A stretch of DNA of 62,714 nucleotides from an uncultured Clostridia bacterium (GCA_944387485.1 CALXFC010000002.1:1-62714); one strand, 5' to 3'. Positions 29,662-39,799 are shown, numbered from the stretch's first letter. Made by a program: numbers and translations. Notes: generated by a model from the letters alone, not told the origin.

Positions 29662-32106
29662 ATGTTTCAAAATTTAAGTGAAGATACAATATTAAATAAT
29701 AAGGATGAATTAAATAATGAAGAAAAAAACAGATTTAATATATTAGGAAAAGTGTTTGCAAAAGAAAATATAGTTATATATATTATAACTTTTATGCTAT
29801 CATTTGTATCTTTAGGAGGGGAATTTTCAATATTTAGTATAAGCTTTTTAGGAGCTTGCTTAGCATTTTCTATTCCAGCATTAGGGATAGTTGTGATTTC
29901 ATTACTTGGTCACTTAATAAAATTTGGAGCAGGAGGAACAGTAGAGTATTTACTAACTGCAATGGTGATGATAGCAACTTTATTTATAATAAAACCACGT
30001 TATAATGAGCAAGAAAGAAATGAAAAAATAAAAATTGGAAAAAACGTATTTATTGCTGTGTTTTTTATAGGAATTGCTAAAATATTGATGTCAGTATTTA
30101 CACTATATGATCTTTTAAGCACGATAACATTATCAATAATAGCATTAGTATTTTATAAAATATTTGTAAATTCTTTAGTTGTAGTTCAAGAATTTTATGA
30201 GAAAAGAGCTTTTTCTATAGAAGAAGTAATAGGAGCAAGTTTGCTATTTGCAATAGCAGTAGCAGCATTTGGAGATTCTAGTATATATGGGTTTAGTATA
30301 AGAAATGTTTTTAGTATTTTAATTGTAATGATTTTAGGATGGAAAAATGGAATATTAGTTGGGACCACATCAGGAGTGACAATAGGAGTAACATTAGGAG
30401 TAATTAGTAGTAACGAACCAATAATGATAGCAGCATATGCGATTTCAGGGATGGTAGCAGGAGTATTAAATAGATTTGGAAAAATAGGAGTTGTCATTGG
30501 ATTTACCTTAGGAAATATAATTTTAGCATATGTATCAAACGGATATACAGTAGAATTAATACATTTTAAAGAAATATTGATTGCATCAATTGGATTATTG
30601 CTAGTTCCAAAAAATTTACAAATAGATTTAGAGGAATTTATAGGAAATTCAAAATTTCTACCTAATACCTCTGGAAGAGCTTTAGATAAAAGTAAAGAAG
30701 TGGCTGAAAGCTTAAATAATGTATCACAGGCAATAAGTCAAATGGCTACAACATATAAGGAAGAACCAATAGGAAAAGAAGAAGTAAATAAAGAACAAGA
30801 AGAAAATAAGAAAATATTTATTACGGAATTATTAAATAATTTAGAACCTTATAAAGATAATATGCTATATGATGATATTGCTGATGTGAATGGGCAAATT
30901 GTAGATAAAATATTTAATTTGTTATTAGATAAACAAGAAATAAATAGAGAAGATTTATTAAAAGTATTTGCTGATTGTAATAGTTATATAATAGGGTTTA
31001 ATGATAAAGATATAAGTAAAAAGTTAGAAGAAAATATTATGCAAATAGTGAGAACAATAAATGTTTCATATAAAGTAACTAAAACGGATTTTATATGGAA
31101 AAAGAAAATAGCACAGAATAAGAAAAACGTAGAAAAGCAACTAGAAGGTGTATCTAAAGCAATAGAAAGTATGGCAAAAGGATTAAAAGATGATATAAAA
31201 AATGAAGAGAAATATGTAAAAGAAAAACAAGAAATAATAGAATTATTAAAACAAAAAGAAATAAATATACAGGATATAAGCATCAAGAAAGAAAATAGAT
31301 TTATAATAGAGATGTATTTAGATAAAAATTTTGAAACTACCCAAATAGGGATAATAGAGAAAATACTTACTGATATATTAGGAGAAAAGATAGTAGTAAA
31401 TGAAGAAACAAGTATAGGAATGAAATTAACACTAATATCAGACGACAAATATATAATGGCTATGGGAAGAGCGGAGACGATTAAGTCTAGAAGCAAAGTT
31501 TCTGGAGATAGTACATTAATAGTTAGATTAAAAGATGGAAAATATTTAGTGGCTATAAGTGATGGAATGGGAAGTGGAGAAGAAGCAAAAGCAAGTAGCT
31601 CAGACGCTTTAAAATTACTTGAGAACTTATTACTATCTGGATTTGATAAAAATATATCATTGAACTTAATAAATAATGCTTTAATAAACAAAAATAAGGA
31701 AAGTTTTGCAACGTTGGATATAGCTATAGTTGATTTATATATGGGTAATGTTGAATTTATAAAAAGTGCGGCATGTCCAACATATATAAAAAAAGGAAAA
31801 AGAGTTCAAATGGTAAAATCAAATTCTTTACCAACAGGTATAATAGAAGAAAGTAAAATTCAAACATTTGACAAAGATATACAATCAGGGGAAATAATGG
31901 TACTTTGTTCAGATGGTATATTAGATTCAAATGTAGAATATAAAAATAAAGAATTATGGATTAAATACTTATTAGAAGATATAGAAACGACAAATACTCA
32001 AAAAATAGCTAATTTAATATTAGAAGAAGCATTGGATAATAATTATGGAATAGCAAAAGATGATATGAGTGTTTTAGTATGTAAATTTAGAAAAAAAGAA
32101 GCTTAA
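29662..32106 (+). CDS. spoIIE: Stage II sporulation protein E (membrane PP2C phosphatase)
   Basis: A polytopic N-terminal half and a C-terminal PP2C domain (SGDS...ISDGMGSGEEA...CSDG). The ATG at 29662 follows AAGAGGTGG. The GTG at 29653 in the ORF track lies inside the RBS. Confidence 0.85.
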   Translation: MFQNLSEDTILNNKDELNNEEKNRFNILGKVFAKENIVIYIITFMLSFVSLGGEFSIFSISFLGACLAFSIPALGIVVISLLGHLIKFGAGGTVEYLLTAMVMIATLFIIKPRYNEQERNEKIKIGKNVFIAVFFIGIAKILMSVFTLYDLLSTITLSIIALVFYKIFVNSLVVVQEFYEKRAFSIEEVIGASLLFAIAVAAFGDSSIYGFSIRNVFSILIVMILGWKNGILVGTTSGVTIGVTLGVISSNEPIMIAAYAISGMVAGVLNRFGKIGVVIGFTLGNIILAYVSNGYTVELIHFKEILIASIGLLLVPKNLQIDLEEFIGNSKFLPNTSGRALDKSKEVAESLNNVSQAISQMATTYKEEPIGKEEVNKEQEENKKIFITELLNNLEPYKDNMLYDDIADVNGQIVDKIFNLLLDKQEINREDLLKVFADCNSYIIGFNDKDISKKLEENIMQIVRTINVSYKVTKTDFIWKKKIAQNKKNVEKQLEGVSKAIESMAKGLKDDIKNEEKYVKEKQEIIELLKQKEINIQDISIKKENRFIIEMYLDKNFETTQIGIIEKILTDILGEKIVVNEETSIGMKLTLISDDKYIMAMGRAETIKSRSKVSGDSTLIVRLKDGKYLVAISDGMGSGEEAKASSSDALKLLENLLLSGFDKNISLNLINNALINKNKESFATLDIAIVDLYMGNVEFIKSAACPTYIKKGKRVQMVKSNSLPTGIIEESKIQTFDKDIQSGEIMVLCSDGILDSNVEYKNKELWIKYLLEDIETTNTQKIANLILEEALDNNYGIAKDDMSVLVCKFRKKEA

Positions 32107-32168
32107 AATTTATTGCTAAGATTTGTAACATATGATATATTATAAATGTGCAAAAGGAGGAAAATATC

Positions 32169-33686
32169 TTGAGTAGAGGAAGAAGATATGATGAGCCAAA
32201 ATTAAATCTAAAAAAGGTATTTGCTGTAATAATTTTATTTGTTGTAATCATTATGTGTGTAGTTATGTTAAAAGGAATATTAGATGGAGAAGAAGAAAAA
32301 GGAAATGTAACTAGTATAGACTATTTTGCAGCATATCAAAACAACAAATGGGGAGTAATAGATTCAAATGGAAATATTGTAATAGACCCAGCATATAGCG
32401 AAATGATAGTTGTTCCAAATAGTAAAAAAGATGTGTTTTTGTGCACATTTGATGTAAACTATGATGAAGGTACATATAATACAAAAGCTTTAAATTGTAA
32501 AAATGAGGAAATATATACAAATTATGAACAAATAGAAGCAATTTCGAGTATGGATAAAAATCAAAATTTATCATATGATGGTAAAGCATTAAGAGTACAA
32601 AATGGTGGAAAATATGGATTAATCAATATGGAAGGAAATGAAATTTTACCATGTGAATATGATGAAATAACAGCACTTCAGGGAGTAGAGAATACTTTAC
32701 TTGTTTTAAAAGATGGAAACTATGGAGTGGTAAATGATGAGGGAAAACAATTGCTTCCAACAACATATTCAGAAATACAAGCTTTAGGAGATGAGGCATC
32801 ACAAGGTTTTATTGTAAAAAACACAGATGGGAAATATGGAATAGTAGATATTGCAAATGAACAAGTACTAGAGCTTAAATATGATGGAATATCTAAAATT
32901 CACCAAGGAGATTATTATGTCGTAACTGAAAATGGAAAGCAAAAACTTATAAAAAAAGATGGTACAGAAGTTTTGAATGGAAACTATGATGAAATAATAG
33001 CGATTCTCAAGAACCCGGAAAATGGAGTTATATACAAGGATAATGAAAAATATGGAATAATGTCTTTAAGTGGTGAAACTACAATAAAAGCAAATTATGA
33101 TGACTTACAAGAAGCAAAATCAGGAATATTAATTGCAAAAACAGGAGATAATTATGGATTAATAGATTTGGAGGGAAATACTTTATTAGAATTTAAATAT
33201 AGAGGAATAACATATAATGAAAAGGCAGATTTGTATCTGACAGAAGATCAAAATTATAGTAATGAAGTATTAAACAGTAATTATGAAGTAAAATTGACAG
33301 GGATGGTTACAGATTTAAATGACGAAAAAGGATATATAGAAATAAGACAAGATGATGAATATAAATATTATAACTTTAAATTTGAGGAAGAGAAAGAATC
33401 AGATATATTTACAACTAATACATTATTTGTAAGTAAAAAAGATGGAAAATATGGATTTGTTGATAAAGATGGAAATGTAGTTGTTGATTATATTTATGAT
33501 GATGCAACTAATCAAAATTCTTTTGGATATGCAGGAGTAAAAAAAGACGGGAAATGGGGCTCAATTGATAAAAATGGAAATATTGTGCAAGAACCAACAT
33601 ATGATTTAGAAGATTATTTGCAAATAGATTTTATTGGAAATTGGTACTTAGGAAAAGACCTTAATATGAACTATTATAGGAAATAA
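32169..33686 (+). CDS. Membrane-anchored WG/KWG-repeat protein
   Basis: Repeated motifs such as KWGVIDSNGNIVIDPAYSEM, GKYGLINMEGNEILPCEYDEI and GKYGFVDKDGNVVVDYIYDD, plus an N-terminal TM. The TTG at 32169 is 8 nt after AAGGAGG. Confidence 0.75.
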   Translation: MSRGRRYDEPKLNLKKVFAVIILFVVIIMCVVMLKGILDGEEEKGNVTSIDYFAAYQNNKWGVIDSNGNIVIDPAYSEMIVVPNSKKDVFLCTFDVNYDEGTYNTKALNCKNEEIYTNYEQIEAISSMDKNQNLSYDGKALRVQNGGKYGLINMEGNEILPCEYDEITALQGVENTLLVLKDGNYGVVNDEGKQLLPTTYSEIQALGDEASQGFIVKNTDGKYGIVDIANEQVLELKYDGISKIHQGDYYVVTENGKQKLIKKDGTEVLNGNYDEIIAILKNPENGVIYKDNEKYGIMSLSGETTIKANYDDLQEAKSGILIAKTGDNYGLIDLEGNTLLEFKYRGITYNEKADLYLTEDQNYSNEVLNSNYEVKLTGMVTDLNDEKGYIEIRQDDEYKYYNFKFEEEKESDIFTTNTLFVSKKDGKYGFVDKDGNVVVDYIYDDATNQNSFGYAGVKKDGKWGSIDKNGNIVQEPTYDLEDYLQIDFIGNWYLGKDLNMNYYRK

Positions 33687-33699
33687 GAGGTGAAAAATT

Positions 33700-34929
33700 T
33701 TGGAACTAAAGACGAACTATCAATATACATACTTTCTTCAACCATTTGTGATAAAAGAAGGAAGATATCAAAAATATATATTAAATATGTTAAGAGATAA
33801 AGAATTTGAATTAAAAACTTTTCAAAAAGAAAAAGATTTTAAAATGTATCAATATTTTTTACCAAAAACAAGGGACTTTTTATTTTCAAGTTTCAGTTTT
33901 GGTAGTAGTAAGCTAAAAAAACTAAAAGATTTACCAGAAGAAACAAGAGCAGCCATACTTAGTAAATATCCTTGTAATATTTTTGAATATAGGATAAAAA
34001 AGGATATTCAAGGAAAAGTTGATGGAACAAAAGGAATATTTTTTACTATATCTAAAATAGAAATTATATGTTTTCAGACAGGTATCTGCTTTTTAGTAAT
34101 AAAAACAAATGTAGAGGATGATAATAATTTTTCAAATATTTTAAATTTTAATTATAAATTTAGAGATACTAATAGTGAGGTGGGATTAAATACTTTTGAT
34201 AACATACGTTTACAGACTAATAGCTTTTCTAATGCAGAAACCTTTAAAACATTTATAAAAAGAATAACAGGGGCAAATCTAGGAGCAGCAAAGCTTGACA
34301 TAGATACAGAAAGATTTTTAACATATTCATATGTCTGTATTGACCAAGAAGCTTGGAACAGCATATCTGATTTCGATAAAATATCACATCATTATATGAG
34401 GTTTGCAAATATATTACCAGCAGATAATAGTAGAAAATTGAAAGAAGAAAGAATCAATACAATATCAAGTTGGAAATATGCTAAAATGGCTTTAAGTAAA
34501 TTAGGTATTATGCTGTTTTCTTCTAGTGAAGATATGAATAATTATACTATACTTCCTGATGAGTTTGAAAATCAATATTTGTATACATATATAATTAATT
34601 TGTATAAGAAAATATATTTAAAGAAAATAGAATTACAATTTAAAAATCAAAAACAGGTAAAGAAAGCAAGAAAAAATTTCATAGAATTTACTAAGAATTT
34701 ATGGATAAGAGAAATAACAGATGATGAAACAGGAACAATGTTGAATCATAAAATAATTGAAACACTGGAGTTAGAAAATTTATATGCTCAAGTAAAAAGT
34801 AAATATGATATTTTATATAAAGATCTAAATATAGAAAAAAATAGAACATCAACAATTGTAATTGGACTAGTGCTTGTAGCATCATTGATATTTAATATAC
34901 TGAATTTTATAGTTTTGATGAGAAATTAA
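33700..34929 (+). CDS. Hypothetical protein with a single C-terminal TM (tail-anchored)
   Basis: A 409-aa ORF with a TTG start after AGAGGTGA. I recognised no motifs. The C-terminal TM reads TIVIGLVLVASLIFNILNFIVL. Confidence 0.55.
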   Translation: MELKTNYQYTYFLQPFVIKEGRYQKYILNMLRDKEFELKTFQKEKDFKMYQYFLPKTRDFLFSSFSFGSSKLKKLKDLPEETRAAILSKYPCNIFEYRIKKDIQGKVDGTKGIFFTISKIEIICFQTGICFLVIKTNVEDDNNFSNILNFNYKFRDTNSEVGLNTFDNIRLQTNSFSNAETFKTFIKRITGANLGAAKLDIDTERFLTYSYVCIDQEAWNSISDFDKISHHYMRFANILPADNSRKLKEERINTISSWKYAKMALSKLGIMLFSSSEDMNNYTILPDEFENQYLYTYIINLYKKIYLKKIELQFKNQKQVKKARKNFIEFTKNLWIREITDDETGTMLNHKIIETLELENLYAQVKSKYDILYKDLNIEKNRTSTIVIGLVLVASLIFNILNFIVLMRN

Positions 34930-34956
34930 GAGACAGATCTTTTCTGTCTCATTTTT
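34930..34956 (+). terminator. Rho-independent terminator
   Basis: GAGACAG pairs with CTGTCTC, followed by ATTTTT. Confidence 0.7.
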
Positions 34957-34968
34957 AAGGAGATAAAA

Positions 34969-35343
34969 ATGAGAGTGAGTTGTGGAACTGATATTATTGA
35001 AATTTATAGGATTAAAGAGAGTATAGAAAAATTAGGAGATGCTTTTTTAAATAGAGTATTTACTGAAAATGAGATTAAATACTGTGAAAGTAAAAAAAAG
35101 CAAAAATACCAACATTATGCAGCAAGATTTGCGGCAAAAGAGGCAGCATTTAAGGCTTTATCTTGGAAGATAGATGATAAATATTCTATTTGTTGGAAAG
35201 ACTTTGAAGTAATAAATAATAAACAAGGTAGACCTAGTTTAAACATAGTAGGAATAAAATTAAAAGATATAGAAAATATAGATGTTAGTATTTCCCATTG
35301 CAAAGATTATGCAGTGGCTAACGTAACAGTTCTATCAAAATAA
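34969..35343 (+). CDS. acpS: Holo-[acyl-carrier-protein] synthase
   Basis: Motifs GTDIIEIYRI and RFAAKEAAFKAL in a 124-aa product. Confidence 0.85.
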   Translation: MRVSCGTDIIEIYRIKESIEKLGDAFLNRVFTENEIKYCESKKKQKYQHYAARFAAKEAAFKALSWKIDDKYSICWKDFEVINNKQGRPSLNIVGIKLKDIENIDVSISHCKDYAVANVTVLSK

Positions 35344-35358
35344 GAAAGGAAAATAGTT

Positions 35359-36138
35359 ATGTTTTTTGATAATCATGCACATTTAGATGATGAGAAATTT
35401 GAAGTAGATAGAGAAGAAATAATAGAAAAAATACATAATGAGAAAGTAAGCTTTATTTCTGCCGGATATAGTTTAGAGGGTTCCAAAAAAGCAATAGAGC
35501 TTTCTAAAAAGTATGATTTTATTTATGCAACTTGTGGTATTTCTCCAAATGATATTCCACAATCTGAAGATGAATTGTGGAAAATGTTAGAAGAAATAGA
35601 GGTTTTAGCTAAAGAAAATTCTAAAGTTTTAGCAATTGGAGAGATTGGACTAGATTATTATTGGGAAAAAGATGAAAAAATGCGTGAACTTCAAAGAAAA
35701 GCTTTTATAGAGCAAATAAGCTTAGCAAATAAATTAAGCTTGCCAATTGTAATACATACAAGAGAAGCGGTTATGGATACATTAAAAATTTTAAAAGAAA
35801 ATAATGTTAAAAACAAAGGAGTATTTCATTGTTGCCCTCTAAATAGAGAACTTGTTAAAGAGGGACTAAAACTTGGGTTTTATATATCATTTGCAGGACC
35901 AGTTACTTTTAAAAATTCAAAAAATGCAAATGAAATAATTGAAATGGTTCCAAATGATAAAATGTTAATTGAAACAGATAGCCCTTATTTATCACCAGAA
36001 CCACTAAGAGGAAGAAGAAATGATCCTAGAAATGTTAAATATATAGCAAAAAAAATAGCAGAAATAAAAGGAATCTCAGTGGACGAAGTAGCAGAAATCA
36101 CCTATAATAATGCAAAGAAAATATATAAAATAAAATAG
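35359..36138 (+). CDS. tatD: TatD-family metal-dependent hydrolase (DNase)
   Basis: FDNHAHLDD at the N-terminus, GEIGLDYYW, and IETDSPYL near the C-terminus. Confidence 0.85.
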   Translation: MFFDNHAHLDDEKFEVDREEIIEKIHNEKVSFISAGYSLEGSKKAIELSKKYDFIYATCGISPNDIPQSEDELWKMLEEIEVLAKENSKVLAIGEIGLDYYWEKDEKMRELQRKAFIEQISLANKLSLPIVIHTREAVMDTLKILKENNVKNKGVFHCCPLNRELVKEGLKLGFYISFAGPVTFKNSKNANEIIEMVPNDKMLIETDSPYLSPEPLRGRRNDPRNVKYIAKKIAEIKGISVDEVAEITYNNAKKIYKIK

Positions 36139-36211
36139 TTATATTTTAAAGAATATAATAATATAAATGAAGTATGTATTAAAATTAAAATTGTCGAAAT
36201 TTTGGTAAAAT

Positions 36212-36240
36212 TTGACGAAATTAATTTTTTGTGATAAAAT
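36212..36240 (+). promoter_or_regulatory. SigmaA-type promoter candidate overlapped by 0A-box-like motifs
   Basis: TTGACG (36212-36217), a 17-nt spacer, then TAAAAT (36235-36240). TGTCGAA lies at 36192-36198 and TGACGAA at 36213-36219. Confidence 0.5.
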
Positions 36241-36269
36241 ATGGAAAAAAATGAAGGGGGAAGAGAAGA

Positions 36270-36698
36270 ATGTACGGTTCAAAATCTTTATTAAATATTT
36301 CTGGTGCTATTGGAAGTGCAGTATGGGTTATTTTATCACTTATACTTGCAATAGTAGGGGGAATCTTAATTTATTTCTTATTTTTAAGCAAAAAAAATGA
36401 GGGAAAATTCACAGGATTCTTAGGATGGCTATATGATTTCTTATCATTTAAGAAAATGTTCTTAGAAGCATTATTAAAAGTAACTTACTTAATAGTTGCA
36501 ATTTACCTTACATTATCATCTTTTGCTTTAATAGGAGATAGTTTCTTAAGTTTCTTACTTCAATTAGTACTAGGAAATATAGTTGCAAGAGTTGTTTATG
36601 AATTCTCTTTAATTCTTTTAGTAATTTGTAGAAATACTACAGATATTGCTAAAAATACAAGAAAAGTTCAAGAAAACAAATCAGATGGAAATAAATAA
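36270..36698 (+). CDS. Small membrane protein, DUF4282-like
   Basis: A 142-aa product with three hydrophobic segments and a FTGFLGWLYDFLSFKKMF motif. RBS is GGGGGAAGAG. Confidence 0.5.
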   Translation: MYGSKSLLNISGAIGSAVWVILSLILAIVGGILIYFLFLSKKNEGKFTGFLGWLYDFLSFKKMFLEALLKVTYLIVAIYLTLSSFALIGDSFLSFLLQLVLGNIVARVVYEFSLILLVICRNTTDIAKNTRKVQENKSDGNK

Positions 36699-36707
36699 TT
36701 AATAAAA

Positions 36708-36737
36708 AAAGATGAAGAAATCTTCATCTTTTTTTTT
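36708..36737 (+). terminator. Rho-independent terminator
   Basis: AAAGATGAAGA pairs with TCTTCATCTTT, followed by TTTTTT. Confidence 0.8.
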
Positions 36738-36738
36738 G

Positions 36739-36783
36739 GATGTGTCCCCAATTTCCCAAAAGTGGGCAATTGGGAAACGTCCC
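36739..36783. repeat. 45-nt intergenic imperfect-palindrome element, copy 1
   Basis: The sequence is GATGTGTCCCCAATTTCCCAAAAGTGGGCAATTGGGAAACGTCCC. It is 40/45 identical to 56915-56959, with the 3' 21 nt identical. It is locally GC-rich against AT-rich surroundings. Confidence 0.85.
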
Positions 36784-36788
36784 TAAAT

Positions 36789-37694
36789 TTATTTCAAGTT
36801 TCTTAAAGCTTCTATTCTATCTTGTGTACTTGGGTGTGTTGACCAAATACTTGTTGTTCTTTTTTTACCTTCTTTTGTGTCTTTCTTAAATGGATTTACA
36901 ATATACATATTAGCAGTTGCACTGTTTGCAGTTTTTAATTGGTTAGGATCGTTTTCAAGTTTTTCTAGTGCTGAAATAAGTCCATCAGGATTTCTAGTGA
37001 ATTCTACTGCAGTTGCGTCTGCTAAAAATTCTCTTTTTCTAGATAAAGCAAGTTGCATTAATGAACCAAATATTGGTGATAGTATTAAAAATATTAATCC
37101 AATAATCATTAAAATTCCATTTGCTTTATTATCACTATCATTATCCCTATCTAATCCTCCCCAGAATAACATTCTAGAAAATAAATCTGCTAGCATAACA
37201 ATAAACCCTACCATAACAGAAACAACACAGCTAAGACGAATGTCGTAGTTTTTAATGTGACTCATTTCATGTGCTACAACTCCTTCAAGTTCATAATAAT
37301 CTAATTTTTCTAAAAGACCAGTTGTAACACAAATAACAGCATTTTCAGGATTTCTCCCTGTTGCAAAAGCATTTGGTTGAGGATCATCTACAACATACAA
37401 TCTTGGTTTATTAGGAAGACCTGATGCAATCATCAAGCTATCTAATATATTTACTAGTTTTTGGTCTTCTTCTTTAGTTGCAGGTCTTGCTCTGTTAACT
37501 GATAAAACTATTTTATCACTATAATAATAAGAACCCCATGCTGATGTAATTGAGAAAATTAATGCTATTACAATTGAAAGTGTACCTAAATTTAAAGCAT
37601 TACAGATAAAATAAACAATTAAAGTAATTACTACAATAAAGATACCTACTATCACACCAGATTCTAATTTATTCTTTTTTATACTTTGAAACAT
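36789..37694 (-). CDS. htpX: M48-family zinc metalloprotease HtpX
   Basis: The HEMSH zinc motif and four TM segments. Confidence 0.85.
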   Translation of the reverse strand: MFQSIKKNKLESGVIVGIFIVVITLIVYFICNALNLGTLSIVIALIFSITSAWGSYYYSDKIVLSVNRARPATKEEDQKLVNILDSLMIASGLPNKPRLYVVDDPQPNAFATGRNPENAVICVTTGLLEKLDYYELEGVVAHEMSHIKNYDIRLSCVVSVMVGFIVMLADLFSRMLFWGGLDRDNDSDNKANGILMIIGLIFLILSPIFGSLMQLALSRKREFLADATAVEFTRNPDGLISALEKLENDPNQLKTANSATANMYIVNPFKKDTKEGKKRTTSIWSTHPSTQDRIEALRNLK

Positions 37695-37761
37695 TTTTTA
37701 TCATTCCTATCTCTATTAATAAAAGATTGGAGAATAACCTCCAATCTTTTAAACTTTATTT

Positions 37762-38328
37762 TTATTGGTTACTTCCAAAATCAACTTTAACATTTTTTCT
37801 AGCTTCATCGCTTTCTGCATTAAATAAGTCACGAGCTTTGAAATTAAAGATACCTGCGATTATGTTAGAAGGAAATACTTCTAATTTTGTGTTGTAAATA
37901 GTTACAGAATCATTATAAAATTGTCTTGCAAAAGAAATCTTATTTTCAGTATTTCTTAATTCTTCTGATAATTCAGAAAAGTTTTGATTTGCTTTTAATT
38001 GAGGGTAATTTTCAGAAATAGCCATAATTGTTTTTAATGTATCTGATAATTCATTATCAAGCTTTGCCTTTTCTGATACACTTCCTGCATTTGCCCAAGA
38101 ACTTCTAAGTTCAGCAATTTTTTCAAAAGTTTGACTTTCATGAGTCATATAACCTTTTACAGTTTCAACAAAATTTGGAATTAAATCAAATCTTCTTTGA
38201 AGTTGTACATCTATTTGACTCCAAGCATTATCAACTTTAATTCTTGCTTTTACTAATCCATTGTATAAAGCAATAACAGCAACAACAAGAATAACTACGA
38301 TAACTGCTATAATAATTAAAGCTACCAT
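37762..38328 (-). CDS. lemA: LemA-family membrane protein
   Basis: An N-terminal TM and characteristic LemA sequence (YNGLVKARIKVDNAWSQIDVQLQRRFDLIPN). Confidence 0.85.
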   Translation of the reverse strand: MVALIIIAVIVVILVVAVIALYNGLVKARIKVDNAWSQIDVQLQRRFDLIPNFVETVKGYMTHESQTFEKIAELRSSWANAGSVSEKAKLDNELSDTLKTIMAISENYPQLKANQNFSELSEELRNTENKISFARQFYNDSVTIYNTKLEVFPSNIIAGIFNFKARDLFNAESDEARKNVKVDFGSNQ

Positions 38329-38565
38329 TTATAAATTCCTCCTATTCTTTATAATATATGGATATAATAACATATTATACATTTATATACAATAAAAATA
38401 TGGTAAATTTGTGAAATAATTATGGAAGATTTAGGAATATTTTTTAAAATTTTACATACAATATTATTATGAATATGCTAAAGGCTCAGTTTAAAAGGAA
38501 AGGACAAATTGTTGAAAAAAAGTTAATCTTTTGAATCTCTTCTGGGAGTAAGAAACAAGCAAAAT

Positions 38566-38594
38566 TTGACAAATATAGAAAAATAGGTTATAAT
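38566..38594 (+). promoter_or_regulatory. Consensus sigmaA promoter
   Basis: TTGACA (38566-38571), a 17-nt spacer, then TATAAT (38589-38594). Confidence 0.7.
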
Positions 38595-38625
38595 TAAGTT
38601 GTTGCCAAAAGGAGGAATTAAATTG

Positions 38626-39564
38626 ATGAAAAAAGAAGAAAACGCTTCGATTTCTATCATGAAAATTATCTGTGTAACAATTATTCTTATTTTAATATCA
38701 GGAATAGGAGTAATGGCAGTAAATACAGACTTAAAGGATGTAAAAATTGTTCTTCAAAATGGATATGAGATGACAGCTTTAACAAGTAAAGCTACAGTTT
38801 CAGAAGTTTTAGAAGAAAATAATATAGTATTAGAAGATAATCAAAAAACAATACCAGACTTAAATGAAGAAATATCTTCAGGTCAAAGTATTAAAATAAC
38901 TGATAAATCATATAATGAAGTTCAAATAGCTAAAATTTCAGAAGAAGGGGCAAAAACATCTTTAGATGAATTATTAGAAAATTATGCACCAATTACTGAG
39001 AAAATAGTTGTAGAACAAGTTACAATACCTTATGAAACCGTAACAAAAAATAGTGAAACAAGTGGCGACACAACAAATAAAGTTTTACAAGAAGGAAAAG
39101 ATGGTTTAAAAGAGGTAACATACAAAGTAAAATATCAAAATGATGTTGAAATTGAAAAAACAGTTATTTCTGAAAAAGTAATTACAGAACCAGTTGATAA
39201 AATTGTTCAAGTTCAAAAGAAAGTAACTTCAAGAGGTTCAACTACAACAAGAACATCTTTACCAACAGCAACAGCATCTACAGGAGGAACTACTTATAAA
39301 ATTACAGCATATTGTCCATGCGCAAAGTGTTGTGGTAAAACATCAGGAATAACAGCTTCAGGAACAAAAGCAACAGCAGGAAGAACTGTAGCAGCATCTT
39401 CACAATTTGCTTTTGGTACTAAATTAAACATTGGTGGACATACTTATACAGTAGAAGATAGAGGCGGAGCAGTAAATGGTAACAAGATAGATATATTTGT
39501 TAACACACATGCAGAAGCACTTGCATGGGGAGTTAGATATCTAACTGTTTCAGTAGTGCAATAA
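38626..39564 (+). CDS. YabE/RpfB-like protein (DUF348, G5 and 3D domains)
   Basis: N-terminal TM, a G5-like segment (VLQEGKDGLKEVTYKVKYQNDVEIEK) and a C-terminal 3D domain (TAYCPCAKCCGKTSGITASG...VEDRGGAVNGNKIDIF). The start was moved to ATG 38626 because the promoter places the transcription start near 38601. GGAGG lies at 38611-38615. Confidence 0.8.
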   Translation: MKKEENASISIMKIICVTIILILISGIGVMAVNTDLKDVKIVLQNGYEMTALTSKATVSEVLEENNIVLEDNQKTIPDLNEEISSGQSIKITDKSYNEVQIAKISEEGAKTSLDELLENYAPITEKIVVEQVTIPYETVTKNSETSGDTTNKVLQEGKDGLKEVTYKVKYQNDVEIEKTVISEKVITEPVDKIVQVQKKVTSRGSTTTRTSLPTATASTGGTTYKITAYCPCAKCCGKTSGITASGTKATAGRTVAASSQFAFGTKLNIGGHTYTVEDRGGAVNGNKIDIFVNTHAEALAWGVRYLTVSVVQ

Positions 39565-39588
39565 AATTAATTGAATATGGAATTTATA

Positions 39589-39617
39589 GGCAGTCTAATA
39601 TAGACTGTCTTTTTTTG
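39589..39617 (+). terminator. Rho-independent terminator
   Basis: CAGTCTA pairs with TAGACTG, followed by TCTTTTTTT. Confidence 0.7.
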
Positions 39618-39799
39618 AGATTTCTATGAAATATAAAAAATTTTATTACTCGACAAGTTTCGACAGACTTTTTAATTTTTATGTGTTAAAATACCAACAT
39701 AATAGATGCGCATCTATTTTTTTCAAATAATTTTATTCGAAAGTTTTTTTTCGTACAAAAATCAAAATAAAACAAATTAATAAATTTTTACTCTAAGGG

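Noticed and set aside
36212-36400. Track ORF 36212-36400 (62 aa), and ORF 9924-10286 (120 aa).
   Set aside because: They overlap better-supported genes in another frame or strand. Their starts coincide with promoter sequence.
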